Source: Fibrobacteria bacterium (GTDB lineage: Bacteria > Fibrobacterota > Fibrobacteria > UBA11236 > JADFYW01). Taken from it: 32,879 nucleotides of DNA. Each line of letters opens with the position of its first letter. Positions within the stretch are counted from its first letter, which is position 1. The DNA lies in NCBI GenBank assembly GCA_050294405.1, contig JBNKOC010000010.1, forward strand, positions 1 through 32,879, read 5' to 3'. Positions 1 to 8,705 of the stretch are shown here, piece after piece. A program made the translations under genes and the position numbers. The notes beneath the pieces are model-generated. The model worked only from the letters and a program-made list of their open reading frames with translations, made no database searches and was not told the DNA's origin.

Positions 1-251
1 ATCATGCGCATCATCAGGCCGAAAAACTCCTGAAATTTAGTTATCATAAAGGGAAGAAAAAACATTAAGGATGCACCGATTGCCAATAATTTAGGGATAA
101 AGGTAAGAGTCATTTCGTTAATTTGAGTGGCTGCCTGAAAAATACTGACCGTAAGACCCACCACTAGAGAAAGAATTAACATGGGGCCGGCCATATATAC
201 AACTAAAAATAAGGCATTTTTTCCAATATCAATGATGTATAAGTCAGTCAT
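1..251 (-). CDS. fliQ: Flagellar export protein FliQ (3' end runs off the window)
   Basis: Not in the ORF track. Hand translation from ATG at 251 gives MTDLYIIDIGKNALFLVVYMAGPMLILSLVVGLTVSIFQAATQINEMTLTFIPK, containing the FliQ signature FQAxTQInEmTLtFiPK. Lies directly after fliP. Confidence 0.96.
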   Translation of the reverse strand, partial: MTDLYIIDIGKNALFLVVYMAGPMLILSLVVGLTVSIFQAATQINEMTLTFIPKLLAIGASLMFFLPFMITKFQEFFGLMMRM

Positions 252-259
252 AATTTTTC

Positions 260-1015
260 CTATCTAATGCTAAGCACCAATTGCTGCACGACCAAATTCC
301 AACCATCCACTAATACAAATAATATGAGCTTAAAGGGAAGGGAAATCATAATGGGAGGCAACATCATCATACCCATAGCCATTAACACGGAAGCCACCAC
401 CATATCAATTACTAAAAAGGGCACATATACTAAAAATCCGATTACAAATGCCGTGCGCAATTCGCTTAAGATAAAAGCTGGAATAAGGGTCATTGTTCCA
501 ATATCTTCAGGAGTATCGGGCAAGGGAGATTTGCTGATTTTAACCATAAGGGCCAAAGATTTTTCATCAGCCTGGCGCATCATAAAATCTCTTAAGGGCT
601 TAATACCTTTTTCCAAGGCCACCTTGTGGTTAATTTCCTTATTCAAATAAGGCTGTAAGGCGTTTTCATTGATTTGAGTTAAGGTGGGCTGCATCACAAA
701 AAAAGTGAGGAAAAGAGAAAAACCCATTACCAATTGGTTTGGAGGAACCTGTTGGGTTCCCAAGGCCTGACGCAAAAACCCCAATACCACCGCAATTCTG
801 GTAAAACAGGTCATCATGATTAATATAGAGGGAGCCAGAGTAAGAACTGTTAAAGCTGCTATTAATTGTATAGTAACAGCAACATCGTCCACATCCTGTG
901 TTTTATCAAATTCCAGATTTATTTTAGGTAATACTTGAGCTTCAACCGATTGCGTGCCCACTAACATAATTCCAAAAAAAACAAGGGCTCTCAAGTATAT
1001 CCAAATATTTTTCAT
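260..1015 (-). CDS. fliP: Flagellar export gate protein FliP
   Basis: Signal peptide, then MTCFTRI, QQVPPNQL and MGMMMLPP..ISLPFKLILFVLVDGW motifs. Confidence 0.98.
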   Translation of the reverse strand: MKNIWIYLRALVFFGIMLVGTQSVEAQVLPKINLEFDKTQDVDDVAVTIQLIAALTVLTLAPSILIMMTCFTRIAVVLGFLRQALGTQQVPPNQLVMGFSLFLTFFVMQPTLTQINENALQPYLNKEINHKVALEKGIKPLRDFMMRQADEKSLALMVKISKSPLPDTPEDIGTMTLIPAFILSELRTAFVIGFLVYVPFLVIDMVVASVLMAMGMMMLPPIMISLPFKLILFVLVDGWNLVVQQLVLSIR

Positions 1016-1066
1016 TTTATTCTAAAGTTCGCTTAACTACTTCCCGATACTTACGATAAGGGAAGA

Positions 1067-1693
1067 CTACATTTCCGATAGTTTTTGAGATACGGTTTTT
1101 GGTTTTTTGTATTGGGCCAAATAGGTATTTAAGTTTTCAGTAAACTTCTGCATTTCATTTTTAGGCGGTGGCGCTAAAGGAATATCCTTTTTAAAATGAA
1201 TTTTTGACGGTTGAGAAGGCTTAGGGACCACAGGATCATATTCTCCCAGCAAATTTATATTATTGCCCGTTACTCCAATTAAAAGTTCTTTTCCACGCAC
1301 ATTAAGCAAAACCACTCTTTGTTCTTTCCCCAAAAAGCAAGTTTCCAATACATCCATTCCCCCTTCAGAGGATTTTCCTTTTCCCAAAAGTTTTGACTTT
1401 TGAAATTGTTTTAACCAGCGCAAACTAAAAACGATTAACACCAGTGTAAAAACCATTCCCCCGCCCATTTTCACAAAGCTTTCCGTAGAAGGCCCAGACA
1501 CAACTTTACTTTCCGGCATTTTTGCCCGGGATTTCTTGTACTTATCCGGATCCAGTGAGCGTTTAATTTTACTCAATTTTTTTTGCAAAACCTTATAGTT
1601 GTTATCCCTGCTTGTGGTTTTTTCTGCGGCTGAAACATAGGTAAAGCCAAACATCAGCAAAAGAAACAGAATAAAAAAACCTCTTAATTTCAT
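1067..1693 (-). CDS. fliO: Flagellar biogenesis protein FliO/FliZ
   Basis: TM helix followed by VLETCFLGKEQRVVLLNVRGKELLIGVTGNNINLL. Lies between fliN/Y and fliP. Confidence 0.85.
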   Translation of the reverse strand: MKLRGFFILFLLLMFGFTYVSAAEKTTSRDNNYKVLQKKLSKIKRSLDPDKYKKSRAKMPESKVVSGPSTESFVKMGGGMVFTLVLIVFSLRWLKQFQKSKLLGKGKSSEGGMDVLETCFLGKEQRVVLLNVRGKELLIGVTGNNINLLGEYDPVVPKPSQPSKIHFKKDIPLAPPPKNEMQKFTENLNTYLAQYKKPKTVSQKLSEM

Positions 1694-1695
1694 TT

Positions 1696-2787
1696 TTACC
1701 TCAGATGTTTGATTCTTTCTTCGGGAGAAACAAGAGACACGATGCGAATCCCAAAATATTCATCCACAACTACCACCTCACCCTTAGCCACCAATTTATC
1801 ATTCACCATTAAATCCACAGGTTCGCTGGCCTTTTTGTCTAATTCCACAATTGAGCCGGGGCCCAGTTCTAAAACTTTACGGATGCTTATGTTACTACGC
1901 CCCAATTCAATGGTAACATCTAAAGGCACATCCATTAACATATCCACATTGGGATTTCCCGAAGAGTTGTAAATGGGAGAGCCGCCCCTTGGGGCATCCA
2001 GTTCCAGAGAAGAGCCCATCACATCTTCCAATTCAGATACTTCAGCCTTGCCAACCGAAGGTTCTGCGAAGTCGTCTTCCCCATAGTGGGCCATTAAAGA
2101 TTCCACCAACTCGGGATCCAATAGCAATATCACTTCTGAATCTTCAAAATCTTCAATGCCCAATTTTAAATTGGCTTGGGCCGAATTGTCAGGGCTTACC
2201 GGAGGTTCTGAAGGGTCATAATCCCCCACTTCAGATTGGTCCGGGGAAATGCTAATTCCCAGTTCGGTGCCCAAAGAAGTGGAAACCGCTCCCATAATTT
2301 GGTTCACCAATTCTGCCAGCGCATCCCGATGGTCTTCCTCGTAATCTGCGGTACCATCTCCCATCATCATTAAGTCGGCCAAGCGAGCCGTGTCTGCATG
2401 GGAAATCACAAAATGTATAGAACCTGACAGGCCGGAATTAAAATTCACCTTAACATTTAAGGTATCGGATGCAAACTGTCCGGAAGATCCTGAAAAGTTA
2501 TCCGCTCTTGCCGCCCCAAGCTCATTAATAACAAAATCCGTATTTTTATTCATGACAGTGCTTACAACAGTGCTAGCCTGTCTTAACATCAAATCAATGG
2601 CAGGACGGATTCGCTCGGGGTTAAGTCCCCCGGAGCCTCCGGAACCCCCTGAACCGGCGTCATCAGGAGGTCCGCCTCCCAGATCACCCCCGTTGCCCCC
2701 ATCTGAATTACCTGAGTCATCACCACCGGACATACCGGCCATCAGGGCATCAATGTCTTCCTGGCTTAAAAAATTCTCGTCAGCCAT
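1696..2787 (-). CDS. fliY: Flagellar C-ring protein, FliY-type (CheC-like domain plus FliN domain)
   Basis: N-terminal LSQEDIDAL peptide, CheC motif ELVNQIMG, and C-terminal FliN/SpoA domain LMDVPLDVTIELG..GEVVVVDEYFGIRI. Confidence 0.88.
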   Translation of the reverse strand: MADENFLSQEDIDALMAGMSGGDDSGNSDGGNGGDLGGGPPDDAGSGGSGGSGGLNPERIRPAIDLMLRQASTVVSTVMNKNTDFVINELGAARADNFSGSSGQFASDTLNVKVNFNSGLSGSIHFVISHADTARLADLMMMGDGTADYEEDHRDALAELVNQIMGAVSTSLGTELGISISPDQSEVGDYDPSEPPVSPDNSAQANLKLGIEDFEDSEVILLLDPELVESLMAHYGEDDFAEPSVGKAEVSELEDVMGSSLELDAPRGGSPIYNSSGNPNVDMLMDVPLDVTIELGRSNISIRKVLELGPGSIVELDKKASEPVDLMVNDKLVAKGEVVVVDEYFGIRIVSLVSPEERIKHLR

Positions 2788-3805
2788 CTTCGCCTACTTC
2801 CCTATCAATGATAGACTTAATTTGAATGGATTTATTGGAACCCATTATTCCTACCTGGCCCAGGTACTTCGCCTTTCCGCCCACTTTTACAACTAAATCG
2901 GAGCTGGCCAATTTATCCAGAACCACAACGTCGCCTTTTTTCAATTGCAACAAGTCTCTAATGGAAATGGTCGTTTCTCCAACCACAGCGGATACCCTCA
3001 CTGATGTGGAGGAAATTTCTTTTTCAATTTGATTTCGGGTTTCCTGGGTGGTTGTCCTTTGTGAACTTATCCAGGACTCCCCACTTAATTTTCCAATTAC
3101 AGATTCCAACAACATAAAGGGGAAACAAATACTAATTAGCCCCGAGCCATTTTTTAGACGCACTTCCAGGGATATAAGAATCACCGTTTCTCCTGGAGGA
3201 GCAATTTGAACAAACTGGGGGTTAGTTTCGTAGCCCTGAATTTTAGGGCTGAAAATGCCGATATGTTCCCATACATCTTTTAAATCCATCAAAGCCCGTT
3301 CTATAATTTTATTTAATACGCTGCGTTCAATTTCCGTGAGCTCACGATTTTGCTCAGTAGGTGATCCCTGACCGCCAAAAAGCCTGTCCACAATAAAAAA
3401 CACCAGGCTGGGATTGATTTCAAAAATAGCAGAGCCATCCAAAGGCTCAATTTCAAATATGTAAATGCAGCTCGGATTGGAAATAGACATCATAAATTCG
3501 CTGTAAGTAAGCTGATCCACTGAAATTAACTCAATTTCCACCAGAGTTCTGAGATAGGATGTTAGTGTTGTGGAGAATAGCCTGGCATAACTTTCATGCA
3601 GGTTTTGCAAAGTACGCATCTGATCTTTAGATACCCTGTCCGGGCGCCTAAAGTCATACAATTTCACAGAGCGTTCAGCTTCTGGCTCATCTAATGAGGA
3701 AAAGGATGCTTCTCCGCTAGAGGATTCCTCCTCCTGCCCAAAGTCTCCTGTGGAAACCGCGGATAATAGCGCATCCACTTCTTCTTGTGACAGTATATCG
3801 CTCAT
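2780..3805 (-). CDS. fliM: Flagellar motor switch protein FliM
   Basis: MSDILSQEEVDALL, YDFRRPDR, DRLFGGQG and ETNPQF motifs. Confidence 0.98.
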   Translation of the reverse strand: MSDILSQEEVDALLSAVSTGDFGQEEESSSGEASFSSLDEPEAERSVKLYDFRRPDRVSKDQMRTLQNLHESYARLFSTTLTSYLRTLVEIELISVDQLTYSEFMMSISNPSCIYIFEIEPLDGSAIFEINPSLVFFIVDRLFGGQGSPTEQNRELTEIERSVLNKIIERALMDLKDVWEHIGIFSPKIQGYETNPQFVQIAPPGETVILISLEVRLKNGSGLISICFPFMLLESVIGKLSGESWISSQRTTTQETRNQIEKEISSTSVRVSAVVGETTISIRDLLQLKKGDVVVLDKLASSDLVVKVGGKAKYLGQVGIMGSNKSIQIKSIIDREVGEDG

Positions 3806-3873
3806 TTTGTTTTTCCCTGATGTTCTTCTCTGATTATACTATGCCATAATTATCTAAATCCATTTATGTAAAA

Positions 3874-3889
3874 AGCAAACGCCATGCCA
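3874..3889 (-). promoter_or_regulatory. sigma54 (-24/-12) promoter for fliM-fliY-fliO-fliP-fliQ
   Basis: Minus strand TGGCATGGCGTTTGCT matches TGGCA-N6-TTGC with exact GG-N10-GC spacing, about 70 bp upstream of fliM. Confidence 0.8.
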
Positions 3890-4010
3890 TATACAAACAC
3901 GCGCTTTAAAGGAAAATTTAAAGGAATTTCGCAGTTTTTTGGGGGGTCAAGTCAGCTAAGGGAAAATAGTTCCCTTTTATGGGGAAAATGTTGCACTCCC
4001 CCTATATCTG

Positions 4011-4038
4011 TTATCGGAAGCGATTGGGAAAGAGTTTA
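4011..4038 (-). promoter_or_regulatory. sigma28 (FliA) promoter upstream of fliM
   Basis: Minus strand TAAA-N16-TCCGATAA against consensus TAAA-N15-GCCGATAA. Same form as the flgM promoter. Confidence 0.65.
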
Positions 4039-4047
4039 ATGATTTTT

Positions 4048-4602
4048 TTATTGAATGATAAATTCTTCAAAAAGCACATTGGTTACTTGCCCGGATTCCT
4101 TGGGAATAATGGTATTAATATCCCCCCGAATAGCCTCTCTAACCCTTTGTTTTCCTGAAGAAGATTTCAAATCTTCCATTGATTGGGTAGATAGAATATC
4201 TATCATAATATCCTTAATCTTTACCATGCGAACCATTATGGCCTCTCTTAAATCTGGAAATTCAGTTTCGTTCCATTCTAATTGGATAACGGTTTTTAAA
4301 TAATGGGAGCCTTTGGATCCAGCAATATTAACAGTAATATCAATGGGGGCGTCTAAAACGGCTCCAAATTTGGTGAGCATTTCCGCTTTTAATTTTTCAT
4401 CCTCTTCCAGCTTTTTCATGGCGGTAATGGTAGGGTCTTCGCCTTTTATCATCTTAACAAATACATATGCCGTAACAACCTGCACAACCAGGACGACCAA
4501 TACAACCACACCAATGATGATGCCTTTTTTCTTGGCATTCATTGGAGCTTTTTCTTTTTTCTCAGCCTCTTCTTTTCCTTCTTTTTTTTCCTCTTCTGCC
4601 AT
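4048..4602 (-). CDS. fliL: Flagellar basal body-associated protein FliL
   Basis: Charged N-terminus, single TM, ITVNIA..HYLK, C-terminal VTNVLFEEFIIQ. Follows motB. Confidence 0.93.
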   Translation of the reverse strand: MAEEEKKEGKEEAEKKEKAPMNAKKKGIIIGVVVLVVLVVQVVTAYVFVKMIKGEDPTITAMKKLEEDEKLKAEMLTKFGAVLDAPIDITVNIAGSKGSHYLKTVIQLEWNETEFPDLREAIMVRMVKIKDIMIDILSTQSMEDLKSSSGKQRVREAIRGDINTIIPKESGQVTNVLFEEFIIQ

Positions 4603-4626
4603 AACTTACCGCCTGAATCTCAAAAA

Positions 4627-5343
4627 TTATTTTTTCTGAGTGTAATCAATATATATTTCAATTCTTCTGTTTTTCTTCCTGTTTTCGGAATTCACATTGG
4701 GAACCAAAGGCCTATGTTCCCCATAACCCACAGCACTTAGGTTTCCTGGAGAAATATCTCCTTGTTTCGCCAAATATCTAACTATGTTAAGAGCACGGGC
4801 GCTGGACAAATCCCAGTTGCTGGGAAATTTAGTGGAATTAATGGGAACATCATCCGTATGCCCTTCCACCCGAACCTTTGCCTTGGGGTCCTTGGCTATA
4901 AGCTCTGCAACTTTGGCCAGTACCTTTTTTGCCTTTGGATTTATTTCATCGCTCCCCGAGCTAAAGGTTAAGGGGTCGGCCAGCATAACAGCAATTCCCT
5001 CTTCGGTTACTTTGACTTTTACAGCATCGTCCAGAGATTCTTCTTTCATAGACTGCTGAAACTCAATGGCATCCTCCTGGCTTTGCTTTCTGCGTTCATC
5101 GGCATCTCCAAACTTGGGGATTTTAACAATGGGCATAATAGCCACAGTGGGGAAACTTTCCAAAACCCCGAATGCTCCCTGGAGGGACTGCACCGTCATG
5201 GCGTATTTAACAGGTTCAAATGAAGCCATACTTAACAACATCACAAAAAATGTGAGCAGAAGAGACATTAAATCTCCAAATGTCATCATGTATGCAGGTG
5301 CCCCCGCTTTGCATTCCGGACATTTTGGACAATTTCCCGACAT
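4627..5343 (-). CDS. motB: Flagellar stator B subunit (MotB/PomB)
   Basis: TFGDLMSLLLTFFVML with the conserved Asp. OmpA-like domain VEGHTDD, SNWDLSSARA, NRRIEI. Confidence 0.96.
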   Translation of the reverse strand: MSGNCPKCPECKAGAPAYMMTFGDLMSLLLTFFVMLLSMASFEPVKYAMTVQSLQGAFGVLESFPTVAIMPIVKIPKFGDADERRKQSQEDAIEFQQSMKEESLDDAVKVKVTEEGIAVMLADPLTFSSGSDEINPKAKKVLAKVAELIAKDPKAKVRVEGHTDDVPINSTKFPSNWDLSSARALNIVRYLAKQGDISPGNLSAVGYGEHRPLVPNVNSENRKKNRRIEIYIDYTQKK

Positions 5344-6110
5344 TAGTTATTCCCAAGTTTTACCCTTGTAGCCGGGTCCACAAAAGCTTCCAATTTCCAT
5401 TGCACAATTTTTGGGTTGTCTCCGGATTGCAGAGACATAATTCCCTCGAGCATTAGAGTTTTTATTTTTATTTCTTCAGCAGAAAGGTTTTTTAATTTTG
5501 TCTCAAACGGAGTAAAAAACAAGTTCGCTATGACAGCCCCATAAAATGTGGTAATCAGGGCCACCGCCATGGATGGCCCGATAGAGTTCGGATCCGACAT
5601 ATTTGCTAACATTAAAACCAAGCCCACCAATGTTCCAATCATACCAAAGGCCGGGCTCAAACCCGCTATGGCTGCCATAATACCTGCATTTGTTTCATGT
5701 CGTTCTTCTATAAAACCAATTTCTGTTTGCAAAATATCCTTGATTAATTCGGGCTCTGTTCCATCCACGGCGAGTTGTATGCCTTTTTTCAGAAATTCAT
5801 CTTCCACCTCGTTGGATCTTGCCTCAAGGCACAAAATTCCCTCTCGCCGAGCCTGTTCTGCAAACTCAACTATTTGCTTAATGACCGCAATAGGATCGCT
5901 TTTTTGAGGAGAAAAAATTTGCTTTAAAACAGAAGTAAAGTTGCTGAGAGTTTTCAGTGGGTAAGACACAAAGGTAGCCGCCAGGGAACCAAGAATTACG
6001 ATACCCATAGAAGGAATATCAATAAACATGGGGATTCTGGCCGGGCCGATTCCAATAAATACAATCGCCCCCAAACCAAAAATTATTCCGCCAATGCTAG
6101 CTATATCCAT
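5343..6110 (-). CDS. motA: Flagellar stator A subunit (MotA/PomA)
   Basis: ARREGILCLE, LAVDG, PAFGMIGTLVGL and AVALITTFYG motifs. Confidence 0.97.
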   Translation of the reverse strand: MDIASIGGIIFGLGAIVFIGIGPARIPMFIDIPSMGIVILGSLAATFVSYPLKTLSNFTSVLKQIFSPQKSDPIAVIKQIVEFAEQARREGILCLEARSNEVEDEFLKKGIQLAVDGTEPELIKDILQTEIGFIEERHETNAGIMAAIAGLSPAFGMIGTLVGLVLMLANMSDPNSIGPSMAVALITTFYGAVIANLFFTPFETKLKNLSAEEIKIKTLMLEGIMSLQSGDNPKIVQWKLEAFVDPATRVKLGNN

Positions 6111-6116
6111 AAACGG

Positions 6117-6323
6117 CTAACTCCCTTTCCTAACCGTAATATTCGCATGTATAAATTTTTTATACTTCAAAATTTTTTGCACTATTTCATCCACAGAGTC
6201 CCTAACCACGAGCCTTTTGCCGCTATGCAATTGAATGGATGTATCTGGTGTGGACTCCACAATTTCAATTAAATCCGCATTCAGATAAATTTCCTCTTTA
6301 TTGAGTTTGGTAATTTTTATCAA
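6117..6323 (-). CDS. flbD: Flagellar FlbD-family small protein (SwrD-like)
   Basis: MIKITKLN..YLNADLIE.VE.TPDT.I.L.SG signature. TTG start with AAGGA RBS. Typical flgE-flbD-motA order. Confidence 0.9.
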   Translation of the reverse strand: MIKITKLNKEEIYLNADLIEIVESTPDTSIQLHSGKRLVVRDSVDEIVQKILKYKKFIHANITVRKGS

Positions 6324-6344
6324 AATCAGTAATTCCTTAACTCA

Positions 6345-6374
6345 ATTGTACTTTTCAGGCTAAAGCAAGTGCAA
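6345..6374 (-). promoter_or_regulatory. Possible sigma70 promoter for flbD-motA-motB-fliL
   Basis: Minus strand TTGCAC-N18-TACAAT, about 20 bp upstream of the flbD start. Confidence 0.4.
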
Positions 6375-6426
6375 TAACTTGTTGGTAGAACTTTACTTAG
6401 ATTTGCCATAATTCATGGAGCGCGCA

Positions 6427-6460
6427 ACTTAAAACCCGACTAATTAGCCGGATTTTAAGT
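6427..6460 (-). terminator. Stem-loop after flgE (terminator or 3' stabiliser)
   Basis: ACTTAAAATCCGGC-TAATTA-GTCGGGTTTTAAGT forms a 14-bp stem. The two mismatches are G-U pairs only on the minus strand. No long U tail. Confidence 0.6.
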
Positions 6461-6484
6461 GCGATTCCCTATTTTATGCTCCTA

Positions 6485-8620
6485 CTAACGTTTTAAGTTC
6501 ACCAGTTCTTCCAACATGGAATCACTGATGGTGATGCCTCTGGCGTTGGCCTGATAGCCTCTTTGAGTGGTTATCATTTCGGTAAATTCCAATGCCAATT
6601 CCACATTTGAAATTTCCAGCGCTCCAGGCTTTATTTTGCTGGGATTATTTCCACCGGGAGCAGCGTAAATGGGATCTCCAGAGTTATTGGACACTCCAAA
6701 CACAGAATCCGATATTTTCATCAAACCACCTGGATTGATAAAATCCACCAACATCACCTGGGCCAAAGGTTTGTTAACGCCATTAGTAAATATTCCGTTA
6801 ATCATACCATCTTCACTTACGGATATTTCCCGTAAAGCTCCAGTGGTATAACCGTCCTGACCTGTAATGGAGGCTGTTGTGGGAGCACGGAATTGGGTAA
6901 GGCCTCTAAAATCACCGGGACCTCCCACTTCCAAGTCTATGCGCACCACGCTAGAACCATTATTGGGGTCAAAGGAAAACTGGGTTTCATTATCATCAAA
7001 AGTAAAAGACGATACCGTACCATCATTATCAAAAATCAGGCTTCCGCTATTACCGCCAATGGGCACCTCATCTCCGGCCATGCTGATTTCCCAATTCCAG
7101 ACTCCTGGAGTCTGGGTGGGTACAAAGGTGGTGGTCATAATATGATCATCTCCGCTCTCGTCAAAAACCGTGATGGATGTATCAAAAACTTTTGCATCTC
7201 TGGCATTTTGCACAGGATTAAAGTTAAAGTTCTGATTAAAGTTGGCAGGTGATGGGTTGGTTTGGTTGTCATTTGTAGCCCTAATGGAAATTCCATCTAG
7301 GGCAAAGTCCAACCCTGCCAATCCACGCACCACAATAGCTCCATTAGGTATGTTATCCTCGGAATTTGAGTTTACCTCCACCGTGGGATTGTTGGCATAG
7401 GTGCCATCAAATTGGGACAGCCGGAAGTTTTCTCGAATACTGTCAATAATATCCTGCAAGGTGGTCGTGGCCGCATCATATAAAATGGGACCGGGTAAAT
7501 TGTTGGCGGCTGTTCCTCCAATTTGTCCTTGTATGGATATTTCATCAGAGGTACCGGCAAGACCGTCCCCTTCCAGGCCAAGGCTATTCCCTTCTGCATC
7601 ATACAATTCGGATAAAAGATCCGTTGCTTCTGCAGGAGATCGGAAGAAATCTGAAGTATCGGAACCGCCTGCTGCAACAGTCGTGGATACCGCAAAAGCG
7701 TTAGTTACTCTTCCTGTGCTAAGTGGGTTATCACTGGTAATCTGAAAATCCTGAACGGGGTCAGCCAAGCCAGCTGATATTTGTATGCTTCCATCACCCA
7801 GTAAAGTTGCACTTGCTCCGGCTGAGAAAATTTGGTTGTTTAAATATGCTGTAATTTGGGTGAGCAAGTCATTTACATCTGAGGTAGCTGTGACGGTATA
7901 GTTAACGGGGGCTGCTGGGCCACCCAAGTTGCTTGTGCCATTGAATGTCAGTATATCGCCAACTTGAATTCCCAGGGATTCGCCCGAGCTATTGGACAAC
8001 CCTGTTAATAAGTCCGCACCTTCTGTATGGTGCAAAAAGCTTTGGGAGTTATGGACAGTTCCCAAGGCTTGAGAATCCGAATCCAGGTTTTTCCCATAGG
8101 TAACTTCCTCTGTAGCTCTGGCTGGAGATTGTTCGCTTAATGGAATCATAATATCTTCCACCACGGTGCCTGGTGGAAAAACACCATCCTGGTTAGCCAT
8201 TTTCCCCTGAAGGATAAAGCCATTTGTGGGAAGCACAACATGGCCATTGGCATCTAATTGAAAGGCCCCATTACGGGTATAATAGACACCCGAACCATTG
8301 GACACCGCAAAAAAGGAGTCTCCTTCAATGGCCATATCTGTGACCTGTCCGGTGGATTCCAAGTTTCCCTGAGAAAAACGTGTGTCCACGGAGCCCACTG
8401 ACATCCCCTGCCCTACTTGAATAGGATTTGTTCCACCTTGATCTCCTGGAGGTCTGGTGGAGCCTTTTAAAAGCTGGGTTAAAGATTCTTCGAAGGTCAC
8501 CCTTCCGGATTTAAAGCCGATTGTATTAACATTTGCGATATTATTACCGATAATATCCATCCGCACTTGATGGTTTCTGAGTCCTGAAACCGCGGAATCC
8601 ATGGATCGCAACATACTCAT
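6485..8620 (-). CDS. flgE: Flagellar hook protein FlgE, long form (711 aa)
   Basis: IGNNIANVNTIGFKS, YTRNGAF and GALEISNVELALEFTEMITTQRGYQAN. Follows flgD. Confidence 0.97.
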   Translation of the reverse strand: MSMLRSMDSAVSGLRNHQVRMDIIGNNIANVNTIGFKSGRVTFEESLTQLLKGSTRPPGDQGGTNPIQVGQGMSVGSVDTRFSQGNLESTGQVTDMAIEGDSFFAVSNGSGVYYTRNGAFQLDANGHVVLPTNGFILQGKMANQDGVFPPGTVVEDIMIPLSEQSPARATEEVTYGKNLDSDSQALGTVHNSQSFLHHTEGADLLTGLSNSSGESLGIQVGDILTFNGTSNLGGPAAPVNYTVTATSDVNDLLTQITAYLNNQIFSAGASATLLGDGSIQISAGLADPVQDFQITSDNPLSTGRVTNAFAVSTTVAAGGSDTSDFFRSPAEATDLLSELYDAEGNSLGLEGDGLAGTSDEISIQGQIGGTAANNLPGPILYDAATTTLQDIIDSIRENFRLSQFDGTYANNPTVEVNSNSEDNIPNGAIVVRGLAGLDFALDGISIRATNDNQTNPSPANFNQNFNFNPVQNARDAKVFDTSITVFDESGDDHIMTTTFVPTQTPGVWNWEISMAGDEVPIGGNSGSLIFDNDGTVSSFTFDDNETQFSFDPNNGSSVVRIDLEVGGPGDFRGLTQFRAPTTASITGQDGYTTGALREISVSEDGMINGIFTNGVNKPLAQVMLVDFINPGGLMKISDSVFGVSNNSGDPIYAAPGGNNPSKIKPGALEISNVELALEFTEMITTQRGYQANARGITISDSMLEELVNLKR

Positions 8621-8705
8621 AGGGAATCCTCCAACAAAATATTTCTATTTCAAATTTAGCGGAAGTCCCTTTCCGAAAATCTCAATCCGTTTTATGTCCG
8701 AAACT

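Noticed and set aside
2620..2740. GC-rich repetitive stretch
   Set aside because: It encodes the Gly/Ser linker of FliY and is not a DNA repeat element.
3952..3996. 14-codon GTG ORF downstream of the fliM sigma28 promoter
   Set aside because: The purine run abuts the start codon with no spacer, and the sequence is better explained as enhancer-like sites.
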